64,000 nucleotides of DNA from Cenococcum geophilum (taxonomy: Eukaryota). The notes below the pieces were generated by a model. That model worked only from the letters and a program-made list of their open reading frames with translations. It did not search any database and was not told the DNA's origin. Shown piece after piece: positions 12,763 to 26,900 of this stretch (its first letter is position 1; each line of letters opens with the position of its first letter). The DNA lies in the NCBI GenBank assembly GCA_050273025.1, contig CP158635.1:16182001-16246000 (forward strand). The letters are read 5' to 3'. Both the position numbers and the translations under genes were made by a program.

Positions 12763-15573
12763 CTAATGCATCATGACGCCTGTACCTCCCCCAACCGATT
12801 TTTCCTCGAGCTGGACCTCCTCATATCCCCCTCGGCTTATCACATAAATCTCCTCAGGGTCCGCCTTGTGTATTAACACCGGCTTCCTGAGCCCTTTCCT
12901 ATGGAATAAATGGCGGCGGATGAACCATGATAGCTGTGATAAACCGTATGCGATGTGCTCACGCGTCGGGATGCGGAAGACTTCATCGAGTTGCTCAAGA
13001 GTTAAGTCTTTTGTTTCAGGGACAAAGCTACGGACAAGGTAAGTTAGCATGGAGAAGACCTGCAGAGTTTAAGGAGTTGTAAGGAACTGGAAAGGACGTG
13101 CAAAGATATGTAGAGCAGCGTTTGGGGGAAAACTAACAGCAAGATCATCCACCAGCCAATAACACACCAACAAGCGTACCAGCCAAATGCCCCGCTTGCG
13201 GTAAAAGCAGAAAGAAATTTTGGCCAGGTGATTGAGATGAAGAAGTTGAAGAACCAGTTTATTGAGGTAACGATGCCCATTCCTAATTATGGCGCATGAG
13301 CAGAGCAATCCTAATGTGGCTATTGTGTTCAGACTTACCAAAATCACGATTGTATAACGGCATTGATTCTGCGGAGTAGACCTGCGCATGGCGTGTTAGC
13401 CGGTTGTGGTGATCCGCACTATTTGCTAGGAACTTACAAAAGGCACCGGTCCCTCTCCCGGAGAGTACGCTACCCCAAATAAGTACATCCCTATAATTAC
13501 TAAAACAGTCTGAGCGGTCGAACGGGCTCTGAGGAGGAAGGCAATGCACATAAAGAGTTGGAAGAGGGCCATGAATGGAAACGTAAAGAGGAGCAAATTA
13601 CGCCTTCCAAACGAGTCGATGGTCCAGACCGCTGGAAATGCGAAGAAGAAATTGATGATCCCAAAGCCCATCGAGATCTACAATACTTAGTATGAGATGA
13701 TCCAAGATTGAGTCGTGTCTCTTACTAGGAGAGCCCTTCTGTGTGAAAACGAGGCTTCTGTGACGAGAATAGAACTAGAATAATATGCTGTGACGTTTAC
13801 ACCGCAGAACTAGACAAGATATTAGTGAATGTTCACAAAAGCAGTATTTCAAAATGAGATATTATAGAAAATGAATGATAAAACATGGTGGCTTGCCTGC
13901 TGTAGGAACATAGTTATAACACTAGCTGTTAAGGCGCGTCTATTTCTACCCAGTGTGAAAAGCTCGGTAAAGGGTCTTTGCTGTTGCATAATTTCTTCCT
14001 CGCCTAGATGTAGATATATAAATCCCTGATTCTCACATTTGCAGAACGGTTCTGAATACCTTTCAAAAGATGATTGATCAAGAAAAGATCTCTGGCTGCT
14101 TGTAGTTTGGTGTGTCGTAACTTGGAATCACAGTTAGCTAACTTTCTCCCATTGCAAGACAAAGTACTCTCTTGGCTTATCGCATACTTTGCAAAGGGAA
14201 AGAAACGCCTCCTCATATTTAGCTTTATTTCCCTTCCTTGCTTTGAGGAGCAGCCACCGAGGAGATTCAGGTAGAGTGTAGACGTAAGCGACGACTACGA
14301 GAGGTAGTATCATCTATGGATGTAATCAGTGACATAGAGGTAATTGTCACAAGAGTTGTTTTCACTTACTGGACTTGCGAGCATCAAACGCCAATTCAAA
14401 CTACATTTAGAGCTAAGAAGTCTTGCTCTACTATAGTTTGGTTTAGTTGGATCAGTAACGCATATGGAGGAATCATTGCCGTTTCCAACTCCAGCCAGAA
14501 CAACCCCGGCTATGTAACCACACATAATACCTGTTTGAATGTGAGGATGTTTCAATATTGCTCAGTATCGAATGAGTCTGCTTACCAAAAGCGGTCCACA
14601 TTTGCCACATCATGACCAATGCGCCACGAATATTAGCAGGAGCCGCCTCTGCGGCGTAGACAGGAATGGTTGCACTATGATATAATCATTAGCCATAGGC
14701 CACTAAAGCCGAGGGTTTGTTTTATACATACCTTTTGGGCCCAATCCCAAGTCCAAGGAGCAGTCGCGCAACAAATAGATGCTAGGGTTTCCTTAGTACC
14801 CGTCTATTAAGGAATAGGAAATACTAAAAGCATGTAGCTAGGGAAGGTTTTATACCTGCCACGACTGTGGGAACGCCTGCCCAAGACAAGTTACAGAGCT
14901 TATCAGACATGTTAAAAAGATGACTCCTCTCCGACCCAATATCTTATTCATGGGATAGTTCAACCTTGAAATGGGAGTTAGTATTATTTCGGTCGAGTCT
15001 GCGTGGTTATGCCTGTCTCTTACCAGCACGATAGAGCACAGCAAAGGTATGGAGCACTGTTAACAAGTCCTATGAGCCCATCTTTACCTCTAATACCAAG
15101 AGCATCTGGATAGAAAACCTGAGCTGTGTCGAGGCAATTAGTAACAGAATTGAGTCAAATGAATACTTCTACCACGCACCTCCATTAACTGCTGTCTCAT
15201 CCATTCCTTGGACCGCTGCACCTAGAGAACAGCATCCAACCAAAGCATACAATCTCCATGGTTGCTTGAATTTGTCGATTCTCCTTGTGCTGTATTCCAA
15301 GTCTAGATATTGACGTTCCACTGGTTTGAGAGACAGGCCATCATCTCGAACTCTATCGGAAGGAAATGCAGCCTTAGACTGAGCTAGAAATGCGCCTCGA
15401 CGAAAGTAATCAGCATAATCGTCCAGTCCTGACTCCAAAAGGAAAGTTTCTATGCTCTCTGTCATTTGCTTGTGAGTCCAGCCGGAGAAGGGCTGAGCTA
15501 GCTTCCGATCGGGGCGCCCTGGAGAGGGGCCACGACGGCCCACCTCTTCTGGATCTGAAATTCGGAGAGCCAT
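12763..15573 (-). CDS. MFS sugar-porter family transporter (myo-inositol/hexose-like), multi-exon
   Basis: Exon translations: [111 protein letters not shown] introns are visible. Confidence 0.93.
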
Positions 15574-15798
15574 GGTGGTTCGGAGACTTCAGAAAATAGG
15601 ATAGTAGGGCACATGAGCATTCTTAACAAAGGCCGCGTAAGGATGAGTAGGTGGGTCAAAATGCAGGGCAAAGGCACGAAGACTCTCGACTGGATGGACT
15701 TGGACTCCGGTGACATACACCACTCATTGTAAGGCGTGTTGATCGTGCCGATCAAACTGCGCGGAATTATACCTAAAATGGTTGTGCCCGGTACAAGT

Positions 15799-16147
15799 AC
15801 GGGGCAGACGCCCTTCCTGCTAGTATGCTAGCGGAATAATACAGCTGAACCATTTTGCAAGGGCTCGCTTATTTTGAAAATATACTAGCAGGGAGGGCGT
15901 CAGGCAGGGGCAAATAAGTCGTGGCACACTTTTTTTGGCCTATACGAAGAACAACTAAGATTTAACAACTACACTTTAAATAAAATCTTCTAAAAATTCA
16001 TATATAAAGCCCATTAATAACTTTATACCTAGCATAAATTTTTTTAAATTCTTTCTCTTACCAGCTTTGTAGAATTTTACTTTAAAGAAGCTGCTTAGTA
16101 AGAAAGTGTGCCACGACTTATTTACCCATGCCTGGCGTCTGCCCCGT
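15799..16147. mobile_element. Small inverted-repeat element (28-bp arms) whose right arm is split by a nested MITE
   Basis: Left arm ACGGGGCAGACGCCCTTCCTGCTAGTAT (15799-15826). The right arm, rebuilt from 15882-15900 plus 16139-16147, matches 27/28. Confidence 0.75.
15901..16134. mobile_element. 234-bp MITE with 32-bp TIRs and AT-rich core
   Basis: CAGGCAGGGGCAAATAAGTCGTGGCACACTTT versus AAAGTGTGCCACGACTTATTTACCCATGCCTG (30/32). Flanked by a GCGT direct repeat. Confidence 0.85.
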
Positions 16148-16663
16148 TCATGGTACCCCCATGAAATTATGCCGTTTGATCGCCAAATGGCGCTTACAAC
16201 AAGATGTAAAGAGGCGGTGAACAGTCTAGGCAGCAAGGCGCAGTTAATCCTCCACTTCCCTATTTTGCATCAGGTGTGTAAGATCACTATGTCGCGCATA
16301 CGCAGCCTCGCACCTGTGACTGACTTTTCCGCTCTGCTCTAGCCCCGTAATTTCTTGGGGGGAAAGCTGTCTCAGCGCCATCCAGGGCGAACACGAATTG
16401 TCCCGTCGCGTGTGGCGCGCGAGTCCTGAGGAGGCCTAGGGGCTTAATTTGCTAATGTAGGGCCGTGCGGGGGAGCTGACAAGATAGTGAGGCGGGCAGG
16501 CAGAGGTACATCATCTTGCGCAAGCCCCATTTCGTATGTCAGCAGTTGCTCTGACGCTTTTTTGCGCTCTCACCATAATATCGTCGAACATACTCGACCG
16601 AACAACTTTGGCTGATGTCAAACTCCAAGCGTCGTCGGATTAAGCTCGAAATCCGGGGAAGAA

Positions 16664-19600
16664 ATGGATCGCGAAGACATCGAAGAGCTTCTAGCCCATT
16701 GGATACCAAAAGCTCCACTCCCCCCGTTCATCGATGACACCGTGTTCCTTGAAATTGCAAACCTTCTCAGGCAGCACCCCGATGCATTCATTCAGCGATG
16801 GAGCGCCAACCCGCGAACTTATACCCTCCTGCGCATGCTCGGTTATGATGAGCATAGTACTGTCTTCGCCGTATTCGACCGTGAGCAAATTGGCGACGTG
16901 CTGCTTCCCCTCGCAGCATCGTATATCTCATCACTCGAACCCAGCGGGTTATCAATACCTGACTTCCGTAAAATGCAGCCCCATGTGCTCTCTGAACCGC
17001 AGTCGATGAACGAGGCCAATTTTCTCTCACATGTTCACTCACACAGGTACATAATCGGCGGGAGAGCACATTTCGAGGAACTAGAGCAACTTGGAGCTGG
17101 TGGGTCTGCGCAAGTGGGAAGGGTTCGGCATAGGCTATCTGGGAAATGCTTTGCTTGCAAGCGCATAGTGCGGGGCAAAACTCTCAAGGAGCAGAAGAAA
17201 CAGCTGGTTGAGTTTGAGCAAGAACTATCTGTAATACAGCGAGTGCGCCATAAACACCTCGTTGCTTACGTTGGTAGCTACTCCGATTTCGAATCATTTT
17301 CTCTCATCTTGAGCCCAGTGGCCGATCAGGTATTGAAAACTCTGCTCTCGGATCATGATAAGCATGATCCGCTCTCCTCTCAAGACATCTTCTGTCTCCA
17401 TAATGCTTTTGGTTGCCTTGCTACTGCTCTTTCTTACCTTCACGACCAGCGAGTGCGCCACAAAGACATTAAACCCGGGAATATTCTACTTAGTGGAGGA
17501 AGGATTATTCTCTGTGACTTTGGTATCTCGCGAGACTGGTCAAATGATGATCATAGCACAACTGAAGGCGAAGTCTACAGGTATACTCGGAGGTATTGCG
17601 CTCCTGAGGTGATCGGCCAAGGTAGCAGAAACAAATCTTCGGATATCTGGTCACTAGGTTGCGTCTTCCTGGAAATGATCACTGTCGTTAAAGGCTTTTC
17701 ACTCGATGAAATGAATGACTTTCTACTGGAGAAAAGTGAAGGTCTCAGCGCCCATGGGCTGTGGTCAGCTCCAAAAGCTATCAAGATTTGGCTTGATAGG
17801 ATTCGCAACCAGTCTGCCGACGATAAACCCTTAGACTGGATTACCGCGATGGTACGTGTTCACATAATCCTATCATCGTTTCTACTTTCAGATACTAACA
17901 TATATCTAGATCTCTGAAGATTCGAACAAGCGACCCACCGCCGAAGAGATCATGGAGATGATTGAAAAAGATTACCGTGGGAATTCGACTTCGGTTGCTT
18001 TCATCGGTAATTGCTGTACAAGGTTTGATAGTGTAGTCTCTAGCAATCCAGCGGATAGTCCTACTTTACATCTAGAACCTATACCTGGTCTGGGAATTTC
18101 CAACGTTTCTCCAAATGAAAGCTACCTGAAAGTTACCAAAAGACCAAGCCCGGGCACGGTTGATGGAACACAATTCTTTCATAATCAATCAGTGTCCCCA
18201 ACAGGCATCCAAGAACACACCCATGACGATAGCGGAGTTGATACAATCACTATACCGCATACTCCCAATTACCTCAACCCTGAGTCGTCTTCCGGGCACA
18301 TCTCCAGTATCTCCCGCCAAAGCTCAAGAACATCCCAAAGTCAGTCTATTCCACAACCAAGGCAATCAGTTGTGTCGTTTGAGCCAGCTCCAGTTCCTCC
18401 TCCCGCATCCTTTGAGCTATACTGCCTTTGCGGCGCACAAGCCAAGGAGCGTCATATATTTAACGCTGAAATTATCTCACTGTCTGCCAACATAAATGTT
18501 CCCACTGCCCAAACACACGAGCAGTGTATGATTCCAGAACTCCGAGTGCAGGTCTATGAAAGCATGCCCGAGGATTCAATGGAGGGTGCCAGTCAACCTT
18601 CTATAGCAGACGTGCCGATCCCAAAAATATGGTGGATAACACGACGCCTAGTAGTTAGCTATCGGACAGAAAACCCCACCCGGCGACATTGCAGCTCTTT
18701 TTGTGAGGCCTCCATATGTCTAGTTAGGCATCTACTAATACAATTTACTCGTAGGGCTGCCACTTGCAGACCTCCAGTTTGAAACGAAACCTGACGAAGT
18801 CACCCTCATTTGGTCTGATTGCAATCAAATGACCCAAAAAACTTCAGGTAAGGCAGTTTCAATTTCCCCTAGATTCAAAGTCTCCTATCTCTTCTAGCTG
18901 ACATGTTTGCTTCTCAATGTTTCTCAATGAACGATGATCCGCTAATGTTACCGCAGGGAATTACGGCCAATATTGCGATTGGGTAAGCAATGATCAAATC
19001 TTCACCTTCCCTGAAAATTCTAACGACGCCAGATCTACGATCCCTCAAAGCCAAACAATCGAGTCACTCTACAGTTCACTAGTCCTGCTGGTATAATGAT
19101 TTTCTATCGACATATCATGACATATTTTGCTAATTGCTCTTAGACGCGTCATCATTTGTGAACTGTGTTCGATTCCCTTACGAGGATGGCATAAGAATTC
19201 GCAACTCACTACGAGTCCAGATTTCAGAAACAGAAGAAGCTCAACTGTATGACGTTGGCAGAAAAGCTGCTGTCGGCAAGATCCTTGACTACAGGGTCAT
19301 GGTTGTAACCTACTACTCATCTACCGACTCATTTTCGTCCAAGCTTTATATTCGTTGGCCTGATCTCGATTTGGATATGCGAATATATGACGCCGAAACG
19401 GATCCTCGTTCTACAACACCCTCATTGCGTATGGCTGTCAAGCTCGACAATATAGCGACACCGACCTATCACTCTGACGTCCGTGGGCAACCGGCCGTTG
19501 ATTATGCAAAGATCGCAAGATTTGAGACCGCTCTTCAACTCAGATCATCCGCTGCATTAACATTCACTGTCGGGCGGAGGCATTCCTTGTTGAGGCCGCC

Positions 19601-20387
19601 TGAAGGTTAATATACCCAAGGTTATCGTCGTTGCCTAAGTTAACTAATTCTTATCTAGGAGTTGTGGCACTGCTAGCTGGGCTGACAGGTTGGACCTTAA
19701 GCTTTTTTGCGATTGTATCCAAAATCAAATCTAGGAACCGGCGGCTTGGATCCAAAAAATACGGCCCAGCAGACATCATGCTTTGGGAGAAGGACCTAGA
19801 AAGTGGTCAAAACAGGAGAAGGGTGGCTCAATTGACCTTTCGAAGTCATGGGGATACTGAGAAGCATTGGACAAGCGGCACTGGTATGTTCAACCACCTA
19901 GATTTTGCTCATAGAAAGAGTCTGAACGATAACAGTGAATCCCTCGAGCACTCTCTCGACATTCTCGAATGCGGACGCTACAATTTCTATTTCTCAGAAG
20001 ACCCGAGGCACTTTGCTCGATGTAGTAAAGATGACAGCCACAGTTCCAGAAGACCCAGGACATGAACCAAGAGCCACACGACATCGTCCGACCCAAAATG
20101 AGGAACAATCGGAAATTACCCTTACCTTTGAAGATGGAAGATGTATGTCGACGTGAACATTATGCTCTTATATGTTGTGCTAATTCTTCATAGATCGCCT
20201 TGAGTTTTATAATCTTATTGAAAATTTCAAAAACGCCACGGCTAGACATTCATCAACGGTGATGCGGAGGTCCACATCATCGGGACAATACGAACCTCCT
20301 CGCCGGGTAAACAGCTACGCCTCCACTGAAGTTTCACCACCAATGCGGACGGGGAGTTCAGTTTTCCAGAGAAGTCCATTGACTTAG
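16664..20387 (+). CDS. Fungal Ser/Thr protein kinase with a long unrecognised C-terminal region, multi-exon
   Basis: LGAGGSAQV, FACK, HKDIKPGNIL, DFG, YCAPE, SDIWSLG in exon 1 (16664-17851). First intron 17852-17909. Further coding blocks, a ~26-nt microexon near 18957-18982, and a last exon ending TAG at 20385-20387. Downstream exon joins are less certain. Confidence 0.88.
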
Positions 20388-20723
20388 GATTTATGCATGA
20401 TATTCTTGATACCCATCCGTTCTTTTGTTCTTCAATAGCGTTGTGATGATAGAGGTTAGATAAACGCAACGAGAAGAGATCCCCTATACCTTATCGAAAT
20501 ACTAATAGTCGTATCTTTGTCTCCTGCGCCTTGTTCGACATTTCATATCACTCAAATCTACTAATTGCTCCAATGACGCAACAGATGCGTCCGGATTGAA
20601 AGAGAGTCTTACGGAGAGCCACGTTCGTTCATTCTCTGTTCGCGCTCCATAGCAAATACATCCAACTAGGGTACTCCACCTTAGCTCCAACCCAGGTCTC
20701 GCTGGGTTCAGTTCATCGTCCTG

Positions 20724-20867
20724 TATCCCTTAACTCGTCAGGACTGCATTGAGTAAGGTCCGTGCACGAACATTACGCGTTGTTCGGCGCGGGGCCTTGA
20801 TCTAATTGATCCAGTTGGCTAGCCCTTATCGATAAACCGTACGACCCATTTTGACGGGTAAGGGATA
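20724..20867 (+). mobile_element. MITE family A, copy 1
   Basis: TATCCCTTAAC...GGTAAGGGATA termini and internal TTGGCTAGCCCTTATCGATAA. Homologues at 50215, 53813 and 60288. Confidence 0.85.
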
Positions 20868-22774
20868 GACATGGCTCTTTTTCTCTCAATAGCACTGCGG
20901 CAAATCAGTGTCATATTTCGAAGGAGTACACATGGCCTGAGGGGTAACTGGCTCGCTAGCCAGCGTTTCCTATGCTGTTGGCTCTTTTCTAAAAGCCATA
21001 TAGAGAAACATTATGTTAGCTCGCTGGACTGCGAACAATCTACCACACAGGGTCAGAGACGATTCAACATCAAAGTTTTGAGGGATGAATCCCGTGGTAC
21101 TACTTTATCAAACAGGCTGCAAGGGCCTGCTTTTGAAATTGGTGGGTTGTGAGGATGAAACCAAGCTCCAATTAAAGAATAATTAAACAATTTACTGTCT
21201 TTTCGCTATTAGTTCAAATATTTCGATGTTTACAAGCTTCTTGCCATCTATCTGATCATCTGATATCTGCAAGACAAACCATCGCAACTTTTATAAATTG
21301 GTTTAGAGGCTTTAGAGTTATGAGAAACATTCAAAAAATAAAACCTTGCGTGTGGCATTGTGTGTGACATTGCGAAGGAGCTACATCCACACGGTTTCAA
21401 AGCAAGCCCAAAAAGGTATCACCTCGTAGCTCATATCCTACTGAAGAATCCCACGACAAACACCACCAAGCTGAGAGAAGGTTGATCAGTCCCGGAGAAA
21501 TCTGAAAAGAAGCATCTTCTTGACACGACAACAAGCTCTTCCATTCACGCACCTGTGCTCTGCGAAACCATTCCCTAAACCTTCGATAAACATGAAGCAG
21601 CTTTCGGACTGATCACGGGACCCAGACCCATTGCATCGCTCGATGCACGTCGCCACGGTCACAGTGCCCTAGGCCTGCAAGATTTCCCCTGAGCAGCAAC
21701 AGCATCTCGCGCACAGCTGTCAATCCCGCATGCTAATCGCAATTACCAGCAGCGATCCAATCCTCTGCAGCAGCATGCCTTTCAGCTCCGCCATCGTTCT
21801 CGGTATTTTATTTTTCTTGCCTTCCTACCCCTCGCTGCGCATCACAACCCAGCGGCTCGGAACACGATCCGCGAAACTGCCTTTTGCTTTTTTTTTCGCC
21901 ACACGGCAAGCCACGCCTACCGCTCGTCGGCGTTTTCCACGCCTCCCTGCCTTTTCTCCGGCACTCTGCAGTGCTCGGTGGCACGTAATCGGCTTGCGAG
22001 CAGCACGGCCAATGACGGCATACAGAAATCATTATGAGGCGCCTTGTTCGAGGCATGCAGGGAAAACCTGCTCTTTTTGATTGTGGCCTGTTTTATTTTT
22101 CCGGGGGGAAGGAAGGAAGGGGGGGCAAGGTGCAAGGTGCAAGGTGCGAGGTGCGCAGGGCTTCTGCCCTTCCTAGAGGGGCCGCGAGCGCCGTTATTGG
22201 ACCCTGGACAGCTGCAGCTGGATATGCAGATCTCAACATGCAGATGCGGGTTCGTGTTCGGGTGGGATGCAGATCTGGCGCTAGGGAAATTTTGCCCGGC
22301 TGAGATTGGGAGAGGGGGAACCTTAGATCCAGTGACGTCAGGGCCGAGTGCAAGATTGACGTCGGCCATGTCCGATAGATGCTGCTGCGTCTAAGTTTTC
22401 TAAGGTACGGCTGTGCGAGCTTTCACCACCATTATCAGTGGCGCGCCCTGAACTTGACTTCATTTTGCGAGTGTGGCGGGAGAGTCCGAGGCGATGCGTC
22501 AGGTCAATGGCCAGATGATTGGTCACCGCCTTTAGCTCGTCATGCAAGCTGCAATCGTGAACCTCAACCCTTGACAACTTCTCCACGGAAGTAGAACTTC
22601 CTCCTAACTTCTAAATTTACTGCATTTGCGTTCTACTCCAGTCGTTTGGAAAAAGACAATTCGCTCTGCATGCGCGTCCATTTTCGAGTCAACTCGACAG
22701 CGTCGGTTTTGGTGCAATCGGCCTGCAGAACCACTCACGTTGTAGTAACCACCCCCCTAGTCTATTTATTCCCA

Positions 22775-23995
22775 ATGTCAGCAGCGAAGTTTCGTGTCTA
22801 AGAGCATACTATCTACGGCCAACACATTCGCGAGTATCCTAACGCGACCCGTCTCCACCGGGAAGCCCGACATCAGCAATGCATTCCCCACGAACTGGTA
22901 CCCCACGATGAAGAAGCGGTGACCATTATCGTGGGCCATGCGAATGGATTGCTCTAGGGGACGTACGAACCGCTTTGGGATGGCTTGATGGAAACTGCGC
23001 AGAAAAGCAATAGCACTGGCGGCAGAGAGTAGAAGATAAGGAGCTAGGTTGCGGACATGGCGCATCAGGGCGCCAGCGGAGTGGCGAATGAGCACCTGCT
23101 TGGGGATGACCGTGAGTATAGTTCAAGTAGCCTGTCTATAGAGTTAATCCTACGATACGATTCGGCGTGGTTGGTGGCGTCCAACTAGACATCGGATCCC
23201 CCCCTCTGCTATGCTGAGGCTCCACGGGGAGTGAAGCTGCTCGAACTGGCTGCGATTAGCGTCATGCTTCGACCACTCTCGCGGCCTTTTACACATGGTA
23301 AACCACTTTCGCCATCAGATGCCTAGGCCAATCATCGGCGTGACACATAGGATGGGCTTTGCTCAATTGTGTGTTGATCCTTTTCTTTGCTCACGTCCCA
23401 TTTTCTCCTCATTCCGATGGCCTCCCGTCCCTTTCGGCGGTCTCGTATGCTGCTCGTGGAGCTACGCTCAATCAAAACACGCTCCTCAGCCGCTTCCAGA
23501 GCATAGAGCCGCGCTGCAATTATCTTGAGTTCTGCCAGCCCACTTTCCCACCTCAAGAGAAAGCCTAGAGCCATAGGAACTTCAGTCCCGCTGGCTCCAG
23601 CTCCTCAAGCACCATCACCACCACCGCTCACACCACTCTCTCCTCCACCCCCGCCCCCTCTCAACCCTCGTCCTCTGCGAACCCGTCATCCAAACCGACT
23701 CGCAGCCCAGCCCCAACGCCGCCCTCCCCTCGACCCTCCGACCGAACCTCTGGCCCAACCTCGACGCCGCCGCGACCGCCGTGCGCAAGAATAAGTTCTT
23801 TTAGTCCTGGGATCGCGCATGCGTGACGCTTACATCGTGCATGCCTTCCGCGCGACCCCGACGCGGGTCTACCCACTGGCTGACGACGACGGTAGCACCA
23901 GCAGCACCAGCAGCATCAGCGCCACCCTTGCCACGACATCAAAGCACCAGGAAGCGTGGTCTCGCGTCCACCCGTGGCGGCTGGAGGGCTCGAAA
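22775..23995 (+). pseudogene. Alpha/beta-hydrolase pseudogene (fungal Abhydrolase_6, 'toxin biosynthesis protein'/MpaH-like family)
   Basis: Fragments MSAAKFRV*EHTIYGQHIREYPNAT, VTIIVGHANGLL*GTYEPLWD, VADMAHQGASGVANE, FDHSRGLLHMVNHFRHQMPRPIIGVTHRMG, LVLCEPVIQ, LWPNLDAA, TTSKHQE. Several stops and frameshifts; no C-terminal part seen. Confidence 0.85.
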
Positions 23996-26900
23996 CTTTG
24001 AGATGCGTGAGTGCTGACGGCTGAGAAGTCTCCTTTGGAAGGGGGGGTTTGCATGCGTAGGTTAGCTCAAATGCTTTTTGTTCACTAGTTCTTGCGTTAC
24101 GATAGCTGACTTTTTCTTTTTTTGGTCTGCGGTCTCGAATGTCTCCGTTGAGGTCCGTTGTACATGCTGGGTTGTTGGTATCGTCTAGGAGGTCTCACCG
24201 AAAATACAAGCTGCGAGGATGAGGAGTTCTTTGCCGTTCGACCTGGCTAGCGAATACTCGAATGACCAGGCCAGGTAATACTCTAACAACCGGACCGGGT
24301 AACAATCGGGCCGGGTAATAGTCTAACAACTACGCTAGACAACACTCTAACAATCAGGCTGTGGTGATATTGACGCAGAATGGGGTTGGTAGGCGGGTTG
24401 ACTTCACAACAAGCGGTGAGCTTGGATTTAGAGCTCGAGAGCACAGTCTGCAACCTAGTAACATGTCACCCTTTGTTGGTGTTTCATAAACACAGACTCT
24501 ATCAATTTTCAAATCGGAAGATCCCGATTCTGGAGTTGCAGTCCGATCAAAGCTCCTTGGAACTGAAACCAACGCTCGGGCATCACAAGAGTCAGGATGG
24601 CATGTAGGTTAGAACGCAAATACCAACTTGTAGTATGCAGAGGCACTAGTGGATCGGTGCTTTCCTTGCATCCATTTCAAATTTGCCAGGGAATCCTTGG
24701 CAGGCAGCAGGCAGCAGATAGCAGACAATAGACAGCAGACTCTGTTTAATTGATGAAAATGCATGAAAAAGGGGTTTTGGGCGTTGTTGTGACGGCTAAA
24801 ATGGAGAGGTCCTATTTTTAAAGGTCGAGACAGAAGCCAGAGACCCTTTGGCGCTAGCGCGTAGTTAGCCTTGTGTCGATTGTGCACTTGGGCCAAGACT
24901 CTTCTGCCACCAATAGGATTACTCAGAATCCCTGAGGTGGTAGGCGAGAGACTAATAAATCTGTTCTGTAATGCCTTAATAATACAACAGCAGAAGCTAT
25001 AGAAGTCTAGAAAAGGTAGTAATCTAATTAAGGATCGTGGTTTACGTACCCCAGAGTATGTAATAAGTTTTATTTGATTAATGTGGTTAATTGCATACGG
25101 ATCTGAGCTATCCTGATGATGTGGCACGTGATTGATCATAATACGAGCCATCTAGTATCTTCCATGCCGACGGATTTTAGTCTTGAGTGTACACTACAAC
25201 GGGAAGTGATCGACGGGCGTTAGGGAAAATAAAATCTGATTCCAGAGGATGGGGATCGGGTTCATGAGAGTCGCAGCCAATAAAGGCAGACTAATGCGCG
25301 GAGTGGGAGTGAATTTTGGGTTGAGATCTGGCTAGCACGAAGATCGCCGTTGGGTCTCGGACTTCGAAAAGTGCCTAAGTGCCAAGTTTTGATGGTTCTA
25401 AGCATGACGGCATACTAGGGCGATTTCCGGCCTCAAGCGAATCAAGACCGGCCAAATTAATCTCCGTAGTCGAGGGGCTTAAACTCTTGTGCGTGGGCGC
25501 TACTCAAAACGTGCTTAACTCGTTTGCTTGGTGCCGATCTGCTCTACAACTGTTCCTCGTAAGCGACTGATTTCCCATTTCTACCGTCGCCATGTCTGCC
25601 CAAATCCGTGCTCCGGCGGATCGTTCGCCAACCTCACCCTGTCATATGATGTATACGTAGAACCCAACCCTGTGCCACTCCGCCATTTTTTTAATTTTCT
25701 ATTTTTTTCTATTTTTATTTTCTTTCCTGCTGTGTCATTGGACCCTGCTCGTGACCAAGTCACGTAACGGGTTTCTGCATGTTCCGCAGCGGACTGCGAC
25801 CCGGATACCAGACTACGACCCGGATACCGGGCCTACGTTTCTGCCGTGGACGGTTAATGGGACTGTTAATGCGATTCACTTTACCCACGAGCAGCACCTA
25901 CGGATTGAGTAAAATTGGAACTCGGGTGATGGCACGGTCCTGCAGTACTTTGCACACGAGTTTTCGGGTTTGGGAATGGGACTCGTCACCGTGTATGGAA
26001 AACAAGTCTGCAATTGACGATCAATGGCGGTAAATGTCTTAGAATTTTTTTGTTGAGAAAGAATGTCGAGTAACGCTTCACGGGCTTGTACCCAGCTTTT
26101 CGCACCGCTGTAGTTTGGGGTGTTTTTGTAGCACAAATATTACCGCCTCGCCTTCTCATCCTCGTCTGGACATTGTATGCTAGCACTTTATGTTCCCGAC
26201 ACTGTAAGGATTGCTAGTGATGTTCAACTCTCTTCCTTTTGTTGCCGTTCAAATCAAGCTATGACGGGCAAGCCGTCTCACGGATAGTGGCGTAAAGGTT
26301 GTACATCAAGTTCACAATTGCAAAATCCGCTGTCGTGGCATCCAGAAGCCCTCTGAAGGCTATACGGTCCAGATCTTCGGTCATCGCTTGACGGCGGCGC
26401 CTGAGGACTGCTGCTCTTTGCTTCTTCCGTAGCATCAAGCAGCCCCATCGTTCGGCATTTCTAAAATGGGCTCGTTTATGTTAAGGTTACTTTCGGTAGC
26501 TGAAAAGAATATCCCGGTATGTTCGAATACATGAAGCAGGGTGTCCCTGGCACGCAGACAAGCGATTTGGAAAATGCCCACAGATCCGGCTGGTGGTACG
26601 GCGACTGCCATGAGACCGTCCTGAAGCATGGTTTCGAACACAAGATGGCGTTGGTGGCTTGATCTTGTCCCGCGACGCTTTTCGAGCAAACGTAGGTAGG
26701 ATCACCCTCCGCAGAGGGCATGGTGCAAGGCAGTCCTAATCCTCATCGAAGCCACAAGGGGTTTGAGGGTCCTCGTCCCGTGCCGTGTCATACGTGAGTG
26801 TCCCAAGCTGTTAAATTCACAACCGACCAAGGCCCAGGCCAGGCTCTGGCAGTGCTTGCTTGGCGGTGTTGATTCTGCGCCAGGTGGAGATATGGCGCTA

